Below, in pieces: positions 1-11,394 of a stretch of 64,000 bases of DNA. The translations under genes were made by a program, and so were the position numbers. Within the stretch, counting starts at the first letter, position 1. Every line of letters begins with the position of its first letter. Source of the DNA: Podarcis erhardii (taxonomy: Eukaryota); NCBI GenBank assembly GCA_964252035.1, contig OZ176200.1. One strand, given 5' to 3'. A model generated the notes under the pieces. That model was not told the DNA's origin and ran no database searches. It was given only the letters and a program-made list of their open reading frames with translations.

Positions 1-7
1 TCTAGTA

Positions 8-238
8 CAGTGGTACCTCTGGTTACGTACTTAATTCGTTCTGGAGATCCGTTCTTAACCTGAAACTGTTCTTAACCTGAAGCACCACTTTAGCTAATGG
101 GGCCTCCTGCTGCTGCGCCACCGCCATGCGATTTCTATTCTCATCCTGAAGCAAAGTTCTTAACCTGAAGTACTATTTTTGGGTTAGTGGAGTCTGTAAC
201 CTGAAGCGTATGTAACCCGAGGTACCTGAGGTACACTG
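8..238. mobile_element. Tigger/pogo-like MITE family A, copy 1
   Basis: TA|CAGTGGTACCTC start and the shared family body. The right TIR is disturbed by a small duplication. Confidence 0.85.
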
Positions 239-244
239 TTCTCA

Positions 245-415
245 CAGTGGCTAACCAAACAACTATGGGAAGCCTGAAAGCAAGACTGGGCACAACAGCA
301 CTCTCTCCCACTTGTACTTTATCTTTCCCCTCGATCAGTTTAGTTGCCCTTTTCCAAACCATTTCCAGCTATACAGCATCCTTTTGCTGGTGAGGCAACC
401 AGAACTGTACGCTCT
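245..415 (-). mobile_element. Degenerate CR1 fragment
   Basis: GGGAAGCC...CACAACAGCACTCTC and TCCTTTT..GGTGAGGCAACCAGAACTGTAC resemble reverse-strand CR1 3' UTR/ORF2 sequence. Confidence 0.5.
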
Positions 416-503
416 GATTATCATTAACGTTTGAAACAAGCTTGCTTCAAACTGCTGTTACTAAAGCTGGTTCAGTCAAACTAAATAAAGTTAAGATTAC
501 CTA

Positions 504-1916
504 CCGTAAATTTCGCTCCATAACACGCAGATTTTTCCTCCTAGAAAGTAAGGGGAAATGTCTGTGCGTGTTATGGAGCGAATGCCTACAGATGGCGGGG
601 GAATCTGCTGCAGTTGTGAGCAGTCCGTGGCTTGCTTTGAAACAGCAAAGCAGGTGTAAGCGGCTCCTGTCAGCGAGCCGAGCCGGGAGGAGGGAGAGAA
701 GCAGAGCGGGCTTGGCTGCTTTAAAAAAACCCGTCCTCTATGTTCCTCTCTCCTCCCCACAGAGCTGCTAAGTAGCAGCGAAGCTTTTCAGCCAGCCTAG
801 CCGGGAGGAGGGAGAGAAGCAGAGCGGGGTTGGCTGCTTTTAAAAAAACCCGTACTCTCTGTCCCTGCCTGCAGTTTTTTGCTGTCCGATTTTGGATTAG
901 CCACTGTAGGGGCTGTGTGTGTGTGTGCTTGAGCTATAGTTCTCCTCCTCCTGCTTCCCCTTCGCTCTCCCTGCGCCCCTGCACTCTCCCTCCGACTTTA
1001 GAATTGACACTCTGTGTCTGTGTGTGTGTGTGAGAGAGAGGGCTCCTTCTCCTCCTCCTGCTTCCCTTCACTCTCCCTGCGCTGTCCCTCCGACTTTAGA
1101 ATTGACACTCTGTGTCTGTGTGTGTGTGAGAGAGGGCTCCTTCTCCTCCTCCTGCTTCCCGTCACTCTCCCTGCGCTGTCCCTCCGACTTTAGAATTGAC
1201 ACTCTGTGTGTCTCTGTGTGTGTGAGGGCTCCTTCTCCTTCTCTTGCTTCCCGTTCACTCCCCCAGCGCCCTGCGACTTTAGGGCCAGTTCCCTCTCTGC
1301 GTGTGTGTGTGTTTTGACCTCACTGCGCTTGTTGGGGGAGAGTGTTGGTCGCAATTTTTCTTGATTTGTCTCAGAGTGGTTACTATCATGGTTTCCTTGC
1401 CGGGGAGGAGGGAGAGACGCAGAGCCTGCTTGTTCTAAAGGAGCAAAGCTGGAGAGGAGCCTCTCCTGCATTATCAGCAGCATCCTTCTCCACACCCCCC
1501 ACGCGAGCTCCTTGTCCCTTGAGTTCTTTTCCTTCCCTCCCCACTTAAAACGTGGTTACAAAGCACGGATCCACATGGATCCTCAGGATTTTTGCACTAG
1601 GTCACCCCAAATTCACCATCAGATCACATAGCATATCCATGGCTACAGCCTGCACCAAAACACACACGCACCCACTGTTTCATGGGGTCGCAATGGCGCA
1701 AAAACGTGGTTACAAAGCATGGATCCACATGGATCCTCAGCATTTTTGCATTGGGCTACCCCAAACTCACCGTCAGATCACATGTCTGTGACCACAGCAT
1801 GAACCACAAAAATCATATATCCACTGTTTCATTTAGAATATTTTTTTCTTGTTTTCCTCCTCTAAAAACTATGTGCGTGTTATGGTCAGGTGCGTGTTAT
1901 AGAGCGAAAAATACGG
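504..1916. mobile_element. Non-autonomous pogo/Tigger-like (Tc1/mariner) DNA transposon with internal tandem repeats
   Basis: Terminal inverted repeats (TIRs) CCGTAAATTTCGCTCCATAACACGCA at 504 and TGCGTGTTATAGAGCGAAAAATACGG ending at 1916. TA flanks at 502-503 and 1917-1918. No transposase ORF. Confidence 0.85.
940..1312. repeat. Minisatellite, four units of about 92-107 bp containing (TG)n/(GA)n, inside the pogo-like element
   Basis: Unit TTCTCCTCCTCCTGCTTCCC...CGACTTTAGAATTGACACTCTGTG starts near 940, 1047, 1141 and 1233 (fourth unit more diverged). Confidence 0.85.
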
Positions 1917-3292
1917 TAACTACAGTTCCAAGTCTGGAGGACACAGAACATTGTAGTTAATAAAAAACAGAAATGAAAGCTTATGAATTCCTAATCTTAG
2001 CTGTCTGAGAAGAGTCAAGGACAATGTGCTCACCCAAGGCTCCCTGAAGCTCACATCTGTTTAGCTCACACTAAACTATGGTTTACTATGACTTGCTAAC
2101 ACAGCCACACTGCAATTCAATCAACGTAAAAAGGCAGTATTTCAAATGCATAGGAGATTACACAGGAGATACATGTATCCTGTAATATTACAAAGTTAGG
2201 TGCACCTAATTAAATTAGTTGCACACTTTCCATAGGACTGCAGGTTCCCCTCCCCCTTCTTGCCAACATCAGGAACAGGAAGCCTGTGGCCATCTAGGGA
2301 CTCCAGTTCAATTCCAGGCAACACAGTCAGCAACACCTTGGAGTGACATAAGCTCTCTGCATGTAATGAAAATGGATGTGCCCCTATTTAGTATTAATGT
2401 TTATGCTTCCAAAGCACTCTGTGACAAGAGTGCCTTGGTCTAAGGAGGAAATAATCTAACTGTGCAATATACAACATACTAGCAGTATGCCCCACTGAAC
2501 TTGATGGAGCTTACTTCCAAGTAAATGTGCATAGAATAAAAATATACATTGGCATAAGATATTAATGCAGCAGATAAATTCCAATGTTATCTTAAACACA
2601 TTCTCCCATGGCTACCATTGTGCTTCAGAAATGCTTGCCCATAATGGCAGGCCTACCTTTTTAACATAACTTTTCATAATGGGGTTTGTCTTGAGTGCAG
2701 GCTTTAGATTATCTGCAGGCCTTGTAGGTGACAAATCAGTCCTTTTCTTGTGTAGATATATATTTCCTTCTCTAGTGATACACATCTCTGGGGCTGCACT
2801 GCGAGGCAAGCTAAAGCAAGCAGAGATCTCCTTCCATTAATATTATAATGTCAACGATGAGAATGCTAAAAATACCACCCAACAGAAGTAAGAGTGAAAT
2901 TAGCATATTTAGAGATGTATTAGTCCCATGAGTAAAATAATGCTATCAGCTTGCTGCAAGATAAAGCTAATTTGGCTTCCAACAGTTTATCAACAATGCG
3001 CCATTCCTCCACATTAACTAATTTAGACAGCTCTATAGCCTGCAAATTCACATGGAATGCTGTGCTATGCTAAATTAACTGGGGAAGAAAGGTCACATCA
3101 CTAGAGTCACATCTGTATGCAGGCCACAGTGCTAGGAAACAAAGTAATTAAAATACTGTAATTGCAATTAGTTATTTCAATTACAATTTGATTAATGGAA
3201 AATACAAATGAATAATATTTAACATCTATCCTAAACTCTTAATTCTGTCGGAAGAGATTTAAAGCTGATTATATTGAAAATCTACAAAAAAA

Positions 3293-3415
3293 GAAGCTAC
3301 AAACATGAGTCTGACCAAACTGCAGGAGGCAGTGGAAGACAGAAGTGCCTGGCGTGCTCTGGTCCATGGGGTCACGAAGAGTCGGACATGACTAAACGAC
3401 TAAACAACAACAACA
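3293..3415 (+). mobile_element. RTE/BovB-type LINE 3' end fragment
   Basis: ATGAGTCTGACCAAACTG...GGGGTCACGAAGAGTCGGACATGACTAAACGACTAAACAACAACAACA. ATATTGAAAAT occurs at 3271 and 3415 and is a possible TSD. Confidence 0.75.
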
Positions 3416-3825
3416 TATTGAAAATAAGATGGCTTAGTCCAAATGACTGAATACGTGATTCATGCTTATATTTACATTCTTCATTTTCCTACTTTCTTAT
3501 TTACTAGGTAAGGGACAGGCACAGGAAACTTACCAGTGTTTGTATTTTCATCAATATGAACACAGGGGGAGTGTGAATAATCAGCTTCAGATTATTTACT
3601 GATCCGATCCAAAAATTACCTAAACATTGCCCAGTTGATGGGACTAAATAAGCTGGGCATTGTACCATGTGAGCATTATGAACAAGTTCCCCTTAATGAA
3701 TATGAAGTCAAAAGTTCTCTAACCAGTCAGGGAGCAGTCACTTCACAGTTCAACCTGATGCATGTTTACTCACAGGCAAGTCTTACTGTATTTAGTGGGG
3801 TCTTTTCCCTAGTAAATGTGCAGTA

Positions 3826-4047
3826 CAGTGCTACCTCGGGTTAAGAACTTAATTCATTCCGGTTGTCCGTTCTTAACCTGAAACTGTTCTTAACCTGAAG
3901 CACCACTTAAGCTAATGGAGCCTCCCTCTGCTGCCACGCCGCAATTTCTGTTCTCATCCTGAAGCAAAGTTCTTAATCCAAGGTACTATTTCTGGGTTAG
4001 CGGAGTATGTATGTAACCTGAAGTGTCTGTAACCTGAGGTGCCACTA
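3826..4047. mobile_element. MITE family A, copy 2 (nested in an older palindromic repeat)
   Basis: TA|CAGTGCTACCTCGGGTTA ... TAACCTGAGGTGCCACTA|TA. Confidence 0.85.
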
Positions 4048-4470
4048 TATTAGAACCTCAAAGAGATGAATATACTACTTGGAAGGTGTAAGATAGTACT
4101 GTATTTATCAATTATGAACACCGCTCATAAACTAGTAGGCTATTGGTGATACAACATAATGAGATGAACAGATTTCCCCATTCACTTAAAAGATAGTTTG
4201 GATATAAACCACTAGAAAAGAAAAATTATAAAAATAAGGAAATCGTAGGAGAACTTCTCATAAAATCACATTGGGATCTGAATGGGGAGGGGGGGTCACA
4301 ACTGCCATAACTACAAAAAAAAAGGAGAAATATTTAGTGAAGTCTGCATCTAATGCTGCAATTCTAGACAAACTTGTGGAAGGTTCTTATGCAGAGTTGG
4401 ATTCAATTGACTTAAGCATACTGAACTCATCATAGGATCAGACTGTTGCCAGTGTCTGAAGGCAGATGAT

Positions 4471-4531
4471 GCACCTATCTTGTTGAAGCTAAGCTAGGCT
4501 GGGTCGGGATGACAGACCACCTGGGAACCCT
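4471..4531 (+). repeat. Degenerate 5S rRNA-derived fragment (SINE3-like)
   Basis: GAAGCTAAGC..GGCTGGG...GGGATG..AGACCACCTGGGAA matches the internal part of 5S rRNA; not a full gene. Confidence 0.45.
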
Positions 4532-4582
4532 ACACACACCGTGTTGATTTCCATGGAAACAAAAGAGGATATAAACATAATA

Positions 4583-4811
4583 TATAAAGTAAAAATATGA
4601 GCATGATTCATTAACCTCAGGGGAACTTGCTTCCACATCAACATGCATGTGTGCAAGAAGGAGAACCTAAACAGAAATAAAACTAAGCAACCACATCTAT
4701 TTAAAAAGTAAAAATGTGAGTAAGTTTAATTGCCCACATGGGGACTTGCTTCCACATGCACATACATGTGAGCAGGAAGAAGGAAGAACTAAAACAGCAT
4801 TAAAAAAGCAA
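4583..4811. repeat. Degenerate tandem duplication, two units of about 120 bp
   Basis: AAAGTAAAAAT.TGAG...GG.ACTTGCTTCCACAT..ACAT.CATGTG.GCA.GAAG...AACAG...AAGCAA occurs twice. Confidence 0.7.
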
Positions 4812-4920
4812 GAAGTAAATTGAGTTATGCAGGCAACAGGCCAGTTCTTCAAGCATCATCAGCATCAACTTGAACTATTTTTTTGCACCTTCATGTGCAT
4901 GATCAAATTCAGCATCAGTA

Positions 4921-5137
4921 CAGTGGTACCTCGGGTTACGAACTTAATTCTTTCTGGATGTCCGTTCTTAACCCGAAACTGTTCTTAACCTAAGGCGCGC
5001 TTTCGCTAATGGAACCACACGATTTCTGTTCTCATCCTGGGGCAAAGTTTGCAACCCAAGGTACTACTTCCGGGTTAGCGGAGTTTGTAACCTGAAGTGC
5101 TTGCAACCCGAAGCTTTTGTAACCCGAGGTACCACTG
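4921..5137. mobile_element. MITE family A, variant subfamily copy
   Basis: TA|CAGTGGTACCTCGGGTTA ... TAACCCGAGGTACCACTG|TA. Perfect TIRs with a diverged core. Confidence 0.88.
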
Positions 5138-5394
5138 TATGCACTTAACTGCTGCAAGGCTAGCCGCTTTCTCTTTTGCCTTTACCAACAGATGACATCA
5201 TAATGAATTTATTTTTGCTGCAAATCCTTCCCCTTGCAACCAATATACATGGGTATGGATTGGGCTCAGTGAGGGTTTTCTCCAAGAATAAACTTCCTGC
5301 ACATACCCACAGACACTTTGAAACCCAAGAAATTATGCCTCTGACTACCAGCTGCTGGGAATCACAGGTGGGCAGAGTGCTGTTTTGCTCTTGT

Positions 5395-5503
5395 CCACCT
5401 TGCAGGCTTCTCACGGGCATCTAGCTGGCCACTGAGACACCAGGATATGGGACTAGATGGAACACTGGCCTGATCCAGCAGTCTTGTTTTATGTTCTTAT
5501 GAT
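5395..5503 (+). mobile_element. CR1 3' end fragment
   Basis: GGGCATCT.GCTGGCCACTG...CAGGAT..GGGACTAGATGG...CTGGCCTGATCCAGCAG..TTTTATGTTCTTATGA. Confidence 0.6.
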
Positions 5504-6848
5504 AAGATCTCCTAAAGCAAACATGGGCAAGGAAAATAACTGGGCAAGTGAGAACTAGTTTCACTAGAGTTGTCCTTTCTGGAAGCTTTGTGTTCAGTAT
5601 CCTCCTCTACTGTGCGCACATAGACCACAGGCCAAAGGTTACTCCTTAGTATGCTGCTCTCTGCTGCTAGGAGTATTCACTTAAAGCATTGTGGGAAACA
5701 TGCATTCAGAAAAGGGCAATTCTGGGGGAGGCAATGAGTTATTCTTATTCCTGCAGTTTTTATATTCCAGGCATCCCAGTTTACAATCAAATAGATAGCT
5801 ATGTGTCGTGGCAAAGAAATACCTTTGGTTTAGCCCATTTGAGCATTCCATTTGATTGCTGACTTGTAATGAAACTTCTCTAAACTTTGAAATATCAGAA
5901 TTAAGTTTGATGTGCATATTCAGGACACAATTATACATATTAAGGTTAGATACCAGCTCAGTTCTCCTATCTATATTCAAAGTAAGAGGCAAAATACAAA
6001 ATATAATGCAATACAGCTGAACACAAGAATTATCAGCATGAAATGCATATACTTCGGACATCATTCCACACTTTGGTTACGAACGCTCAAATCCAAACCA
6101 TTTTTCAAGGGGTGGAGGAGCACAGGAAAAATGTAAAATACAACACAATGCATTTCCTGGAAGGCTGTGACATTGGAATGGAGGTGGATATTCATGGCCA
6201 GTCAACATTCTGTTTTTTAAATGTGACGATCAGCTTGACAGTTGTACCAGTTTTCGAAGGAAGAATGCAAGATCTAAAGTAATATCTGAATCAAAGCCTC
6301 TCAAAGCACTGCTTTTCTTACACTTAGCTGATCAGCAAGTTAGTGAAGAGAAGAGTGGATTTATACTTTTGTTTGTGTATGTTTTGCTGTGGTGAACGCA
6401 AGATGAACACAGAATAAAGCCGGCCTTAGTGTACATTTTCTAAACTGCATGGAGAGTGTGTCCAGTAGGCAATTTTGCATATAGCCCAGTCAATGTGTAC
6501 AGTCTCCAACTAAGGCTGGGCAACCATTAATCGATTAGCAGGGCATTTCATACATTGCTCGGTTAATATGGGCAGGCTGAACATTCACCAGCCAATATGC
6601 ACAACGTCTACGTTGTTCAACACGACTTGGTCACCACCGGCTTCAACTCGGGGTTGTAGGCGCTGCAGTCGGGAAGGCTTATATTGTATTTAACGAAGCT
6701 GAAGCTGGTTCACCAAAGGGCATGTTAACCTGATGTCTGTCCCACGTAAATTGAGAAGCCAAGACATGAGAGCCTGTGCAGGTGAGATCCGATACTTCGG
6801 CGGGCGGGGATACCTGGACAGATATTGGCACAGAAAGGAGCAACCTAC

Positions 6849-6891
6849 CGGGCAGCGAAGAGACCACCAGAGCATCTGCTCTCGTTGCCAT
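6849..6891 (-). CDS. HSPBAP1: Probable HSPBAP1 coding exon 1 (JmjC-domain protein gene, head-to-head with SLC49A4)
   Basis: Minus-strand ATG in strong Kozak context (ACGATGG), MATRADALVVSSLP(G), then a phase-1 donor CCCG|GTAGGT, inside the CpG island. HSPBAP1 is the known divergent neighbour of DIRC2 in mammals and has a short phase-1 first exon. No exon 2 was found in 1-6848, so the identity rests on synteny only. Confidence 0.5.
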
Positions 6892-7003
6892 CGTTTCCCT
6901 CTCTCGCCTTTCCTATTCCAAAAGAGAAACCGCCCCGGTCCCCTCCTCTTTCTCCCTCAACGGCTCGACGTTTCGCCGTCACCACCACCAGCCCTCCCCG
7001 AGA

Positions 7004-7986
7004 TCACGTGGGAGATCAGGCGCAGAATCACGTGGCTTTTGTTTGTGTTTTGCCTTGCAAAGCGTGGGACGGCAGCTGCTGCCCTTGCTTTTCTTCGGGG
7101 GACGCGCGACTGCTTTCCACGTAACCACAAAGCTGCGTCCAACAGTCACGAGTTAGCCTGGGCAGAGCGCACTGGTGTTTACCGATATCCCCAAATAGGA
7201 AACTCTTCCCCTCCCGCTTGCGCAACGCTTGGTGGAATGCGTTCACGTATTCAGCTGCTGCTCATCAGGGATGTGGTAATCAAATCACGTGCAGACACGT
7301 GTGAACCAGCGCGGATCCTCTTCCCTAAAGAGCTGTGCAATCTAAGGGCGGGAGAGGTCAAGCTATGGGCACGTATAGGTGGACAAACCCTGAAGAATCT
7401 GGAGCTATACCTACTGGGGGGGGGGTGTTAATTTTTACTCCTCGCAACTACTACAAGGAGTAGGCAGCGAGGCGGGTTACTCTGCAAGGCTGTCTTGACG
7501 ACCAACGACATATTCCTTCTCAGAATATGAGGACGATGGACTGCATTAGCGTCAGCAATACAAATCTTTAAATGCTTTATTTTTAAAAAAAAACATTAAA
7601 CTCAGACCAATCACATTGCCTCCGCCTCAAAACAAGGCACGCGTTAGACCATAAACTCGTGTTTTCGCTACTAATCTTCTGCGTGCGTGTTGACATGCCG
7701 CTCACTCCCGGCGACACCCAAATCCTGCATTTCCCTCCCTTTCGTCTTCAATGGACAGCCGTCGCTTCTGCCCTTGAAAACGCCCGCAGCGTAGGGCTGT
7801 GTCCCAACGTTAGCCCTCCTCAGAGGAGACCCGCCGAATTCAATGTACGTTGCTTTAGGTTAAAGGCCAGCAATTTCAGTGGGTCTGCTCCGGGTATTAT
7901 AATAAGCACAGGACCGCCAGCGTCTTAACCTGACACACATCCTCACTCAGGTGCAAGCGCTTATGGTGGGCTTCATTCCCACGTGA
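7004..7986. promoter_or_regulatory. E-box (CACGTG) cluster, CLEAR-like
   Basis: CACGTG at 7005, 7029, 7286, 7296 and 7980. Four of the five read TCACGTG on one strand. Confidence 0.55.
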
Positions 7987-8264
7987 AACCGCGCCCGGGC
8001 TGGAAGCAGGAAGTTCCGTGTGCAAGACAAGCAACCATTCGCCGCTCTATTCTTTTCCGCTCTCTATGCGCTGCCTGGTGCCGAGAGGCGCTTCGGCGTC
8101 GGGTGAGGCCCGGCTGAATCGCGCATGCGGCTGCCCGGGCTGCTGCCTTCTGCCTGCGTTACTGCAAACGCCGCTGAAGTGGGGTTACGTTAGGACGCCG
8201 GCCGGCCGGCTAGGCAGGCAGGCGACAGGCAAGCGGGCGGCGGGCGGTCTCCTTCCCTGAGGCG

Positions 8265-8670
8265 ATGGGCTCGGACTGGAGCAGCCCCGAGGAGCGGGAG
8301 CCCCTCTTGCAGCCTCCGCCGGCGCCCGCGGCGCTGCCCCAGCACTACCCTGCGCATGGCCAGCCCCGGAGGACGGCGGCGGCCTCGCGGGCGGCTGCTC
8401 CCCGCAGCCCAGGGCTGGTCCCCGCGGCGCCTCCGCGCGTGCCGCCGCCTCCGCTGCCCGGCCGCGTGTACGGGCGGCGCTGGCTGGTGCTGCTGCTCTT
8501 CTCGCTGCTGGGCTTCGCGCAGGGCCTGGTGTGGAACACCTGGGGCCCCATCCAGAACTCGGCCCGCCAGGCCTTCCCCTTCTCCAAGCTGGACATCGCC
8601 CTGCTCGTCTTCTGGGGGCCCATCGGCTTCGTGCCCTGCTTCTTCTTCATGTGGCTCATGGACAAGAAGG
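8265..8670 (+). CDS. SLC49A4: SLC49A4/DIRC2 coding exon 1 (lysosomal MFS transporter)
   Basis: ATG in strong Kozak context (GCGATGG). Translates [15 protein letters not shown]...[38 protein letters not shown]...FMWLMDKKG, matching the DIRC2 N-terminus. Contains the [DE]xxxL[LI] lysosomal motif EREPLL. Donor AAGG|GTAAGG at 8670/8671, 406 nt, phase 1. Confidence 0.97.
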
Positions 8671-8992
8671 GTAAGGGAAAGAGGAGGGCGGGCTGGCTGG
8701 CTGGAGCGGGGCCTGCTGCTTTTAGTGCTCCCACCCCACCTAAATATCTGGGGAAATACCCAAAGGGATGGGCAGGGGGGCAGCGGTACAACAACCCTAC
8801 TAGGTAGAAACAACTGAGTCTTAAAAGGGGAACAATTTGTGGCAGAAGCTTTCATGGATTAGAGTCCGCTTTAGTTAGAGACAGGGGTAGTACCTAGAAG
8901 AAGGGCTGAAGTTCACGTTTTTGACCACGTCCCATGCTGTTATTTACTTAATTTATTGAGTTTCTCTGTCTTTCCTCACCAAAGAGCCCATA

Positions 8993-9223
8993 CGGTGGTA
9001 CCTCGGGTTACATACGCTCCAGGTTACAGACTCCACTCCGCTAACCCAGAAATAGTGCTTTGGATTAAGAACTTTGCTTCAGGATGAGAACAGAAATCAT
9101 GCTCCGGCGGCGCGGCAGCAGCAGGAGGCCCCATTAGCTAAAGTGGTGCTTCAGGTTAAGAGCAGTTTCAGGTTAAGAACGGACCTCCGGAACGAATTAA
9201 GTACCTAGCCCAAGGTACCACTG
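8993..9223. mobile_element. MITE family A copy
   Basis: TA|CGGTGGTACCTCGGGTTA ... AGGTACCACTG|TA. Confidence 0.88.
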
Positions 9224-11152
9224 TATTTCCCACAAGATAAAAAGTTTCTAGAGGGAAGCGATGTGTCTCAAGCTGCTCACTTTACTGAATATCTGCTTCT
9301 TAAAATACTGTACAGACCTGCTTCCCCATCTAATGTATTACTTGTTTAGCAGGTGTGCTGATATTCTATGTTCAAGGTGGATAGCAACATGGAATACCCC
9401 CCACATAATTTCAACGTAGCAAAAGGAGTCATAATAAATAAAACAAAAAATACGCAACCAAATCAAATAATTTCCACGGAAATCATAAGATCTAAAATAA
9501 ACAAACAAAAAAATAACACCACAGCAACAATCTAACCCCCCACCCCCCAAAAAACAATACCCTGGCCCCAGTGTCTGTTCAGCAGCCTCAGCTTTGCAGC
9601 CTCAGCTTTTGTAGCTGGAGTCAGTCAGGCCTGCACCCTTCCAGCCCAGGTAGAAAAGGGCCTGCAGGGCAGGGAGCAGGTCTTCTAGGACTCATAGCAA
9701 AGTTAAGAATTCCTTCTGAACTTTCACGGGCCTTTTGTTGTGCTTACAGTAGCTCTTTGGATCTGTGGTCATTGCTGCTTAACAATCATATTTTAATGCT
9801 GTGTCAGAGTAGATCACATTGGTTGAAACCAGATTCTATGAGCTACTTTGCTGGTTCAGTGACTTAAAGGTGTAGACTTGAGGAAACGGTTAGTGAAATA
9901 AGGATGCTGTTCGTCATTCTTGTTCCTTGCTCCTAGAATGGTGTTTGTATGTGCATTTGCAAGTGTGTATGTACGGACCACATTTTTTGTACAAAAGAAA
10001 AGGTGAGTAATGGTGAGTAACAGAAAACTTGGCAGGTTAACCTGCCTGTTTATGGAGCGCAGGATTTTACATTGCACAACAGAGTTACAATGGATGGGGT
10101 TGGGATATTTATGAGATATGGGAAGTGGATGAATCAGTGGGATGCAGAAAGTGTCCTGACTCTTCTCACTCAAAGCTGATGGCCTCACAGTCAGCCCTCT
10201 TTCACTCTCCCCAATTCAGGACAGAATACCCCAACCTCAAAACCTGTTTATTACTCATGTTCATTGTCATCCACACCATCTCCCTGCATTACATCGCTGT
10301 CTCCTGGTACCACTCCCCTCCATGTTGTATTGAGTGGTATATAGGCCAACATACACAGCCCAATTATGCAATCTAGAACCCTGATTGTGCAGTGTTCTAA
10401 GTCACACGGTAAAACCTCACATGTAGAGCAGGCTTCCCACTTTAGACTTTCAAGGTGTCTCTCTGTGTAAGGAGGAATAGGTTTGAGGTTTTTTTCCAGT
10501 GGGACTAAAGGAAGAGAGTTACATACAGAGCTGATTTTGGGGCCCAAAGCTCACAGCATTTTGGGGGATGCTAACTGTCTTTAGAAATCTAATATGGGAG
10601 CATGGATGAGGTTTGTTGGAGTGTTTAAATTGAACCCCCTACCTGTATATTTGTAAATAAAACACGTTTATTATAGCAACATATGTATTCTGCAACCTTT
10701 GTCCAAGGGAAGCATACCTTGGTTGAGTGCTGCTCTTTTGGAATATCTTGCTGCCTGTAGTTGTGGAAGGAGCACAATCATGCTATGCTCAGGTGTCTTC
10801 ATTCTGAGCCCAGTGTTCAAAATTTGCCAGGTGCATTTTGCGACTGGCACGTGGCCAACTGTGGCCATGTGGAGATCTCTGGATGCCAAGTTGGCTACTG
10901 ACATTTCCATTTGGCTGTCCCCTCCAGCTTTCTTAAGCAGGTGAGCAAAATATCTTATTTATTGCATATATGCCCCACATTTTTCTCCAAGGATTACATG
11001 TGTCTCCCCACTTGCGCACAGTCAGCACATGCGCTTCCACTGACATACATGCCATCTTTGGCACTGAAAGGGTCAGAGGAATTCCCATTCACGCGCCACC
11101 TAGTGACATGTGCAGCAGCTGGGAACAGAACCCCTGACACTCTTAACCAGTA

Positions 11153-11394
11153 CAGTGGTATCTCAGGTTACATACGGTTCAGGTTACATATGCTTCAGGT
11201 TACAGACTCCACTAACCCAGAAATAGTACCTCGGGTTAAGAACTTTGCTTCAGGATGAGAACAGAAATTGTGCTCCAGTGGTGCAGCGGCAGCAGGAGGC
11301 CCCATTAGCTAAAGTGGTGCTTCAGGTTAAGAACAGTTTCAGGTTAAGAACGAACCTCCAGAACGAACTAAGTACTTAACCCAAGGTACCACTG
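11153..11394. mobile_element. MITE family A copy
   Basis: TA|CAGTGGTATCTCAGGTTA ... AGGTACCACTG|TA, with one extra subterminal repeat of about 15 bp. Confidence 0.88.

Larger units (their letters stand above)
6600..8720. promoter_or_regulatory. CpG island / bidirectional promoter
   Basis: GC-rich and CpG-dense against a CpG-depleted background; spans both start codons, which are about 1.37 kb apart in divergent orientation. Confidence 0.85.

Noticed and set aside
504-1800. CRISPR-like repeat-spacer array
   Set aside because: Eukaryotic context, the units are near-identical tandem copies without unique spacers, and they are enclosed by transposon TIRs.
1-6848. Search for HSPBAP1 exon 2 (KPF.PE...DWPA.HW)
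   Set aside because: The DWP/DWA-like hits near 6195 and 6490 on the minus strand are not followed by HSPBAP1-like sequence and run into stops. Exon 2 is probably outside the window.
6733-7431. 232-aa ORF and other overlapping ORFs in the CpG island, including 8190-8855 (-) and 8345-8794 (-)
   Set aside because: No recognisable domain. Long frames are expected in GC-rich, stop-poor sequence and antisense to a GC-rich exon.
9830-10480. Weak inverted similarity around 10060-10090 and 10365-10400
   Set aside because: Too degenerate to define TIRs or a TSD by eye.
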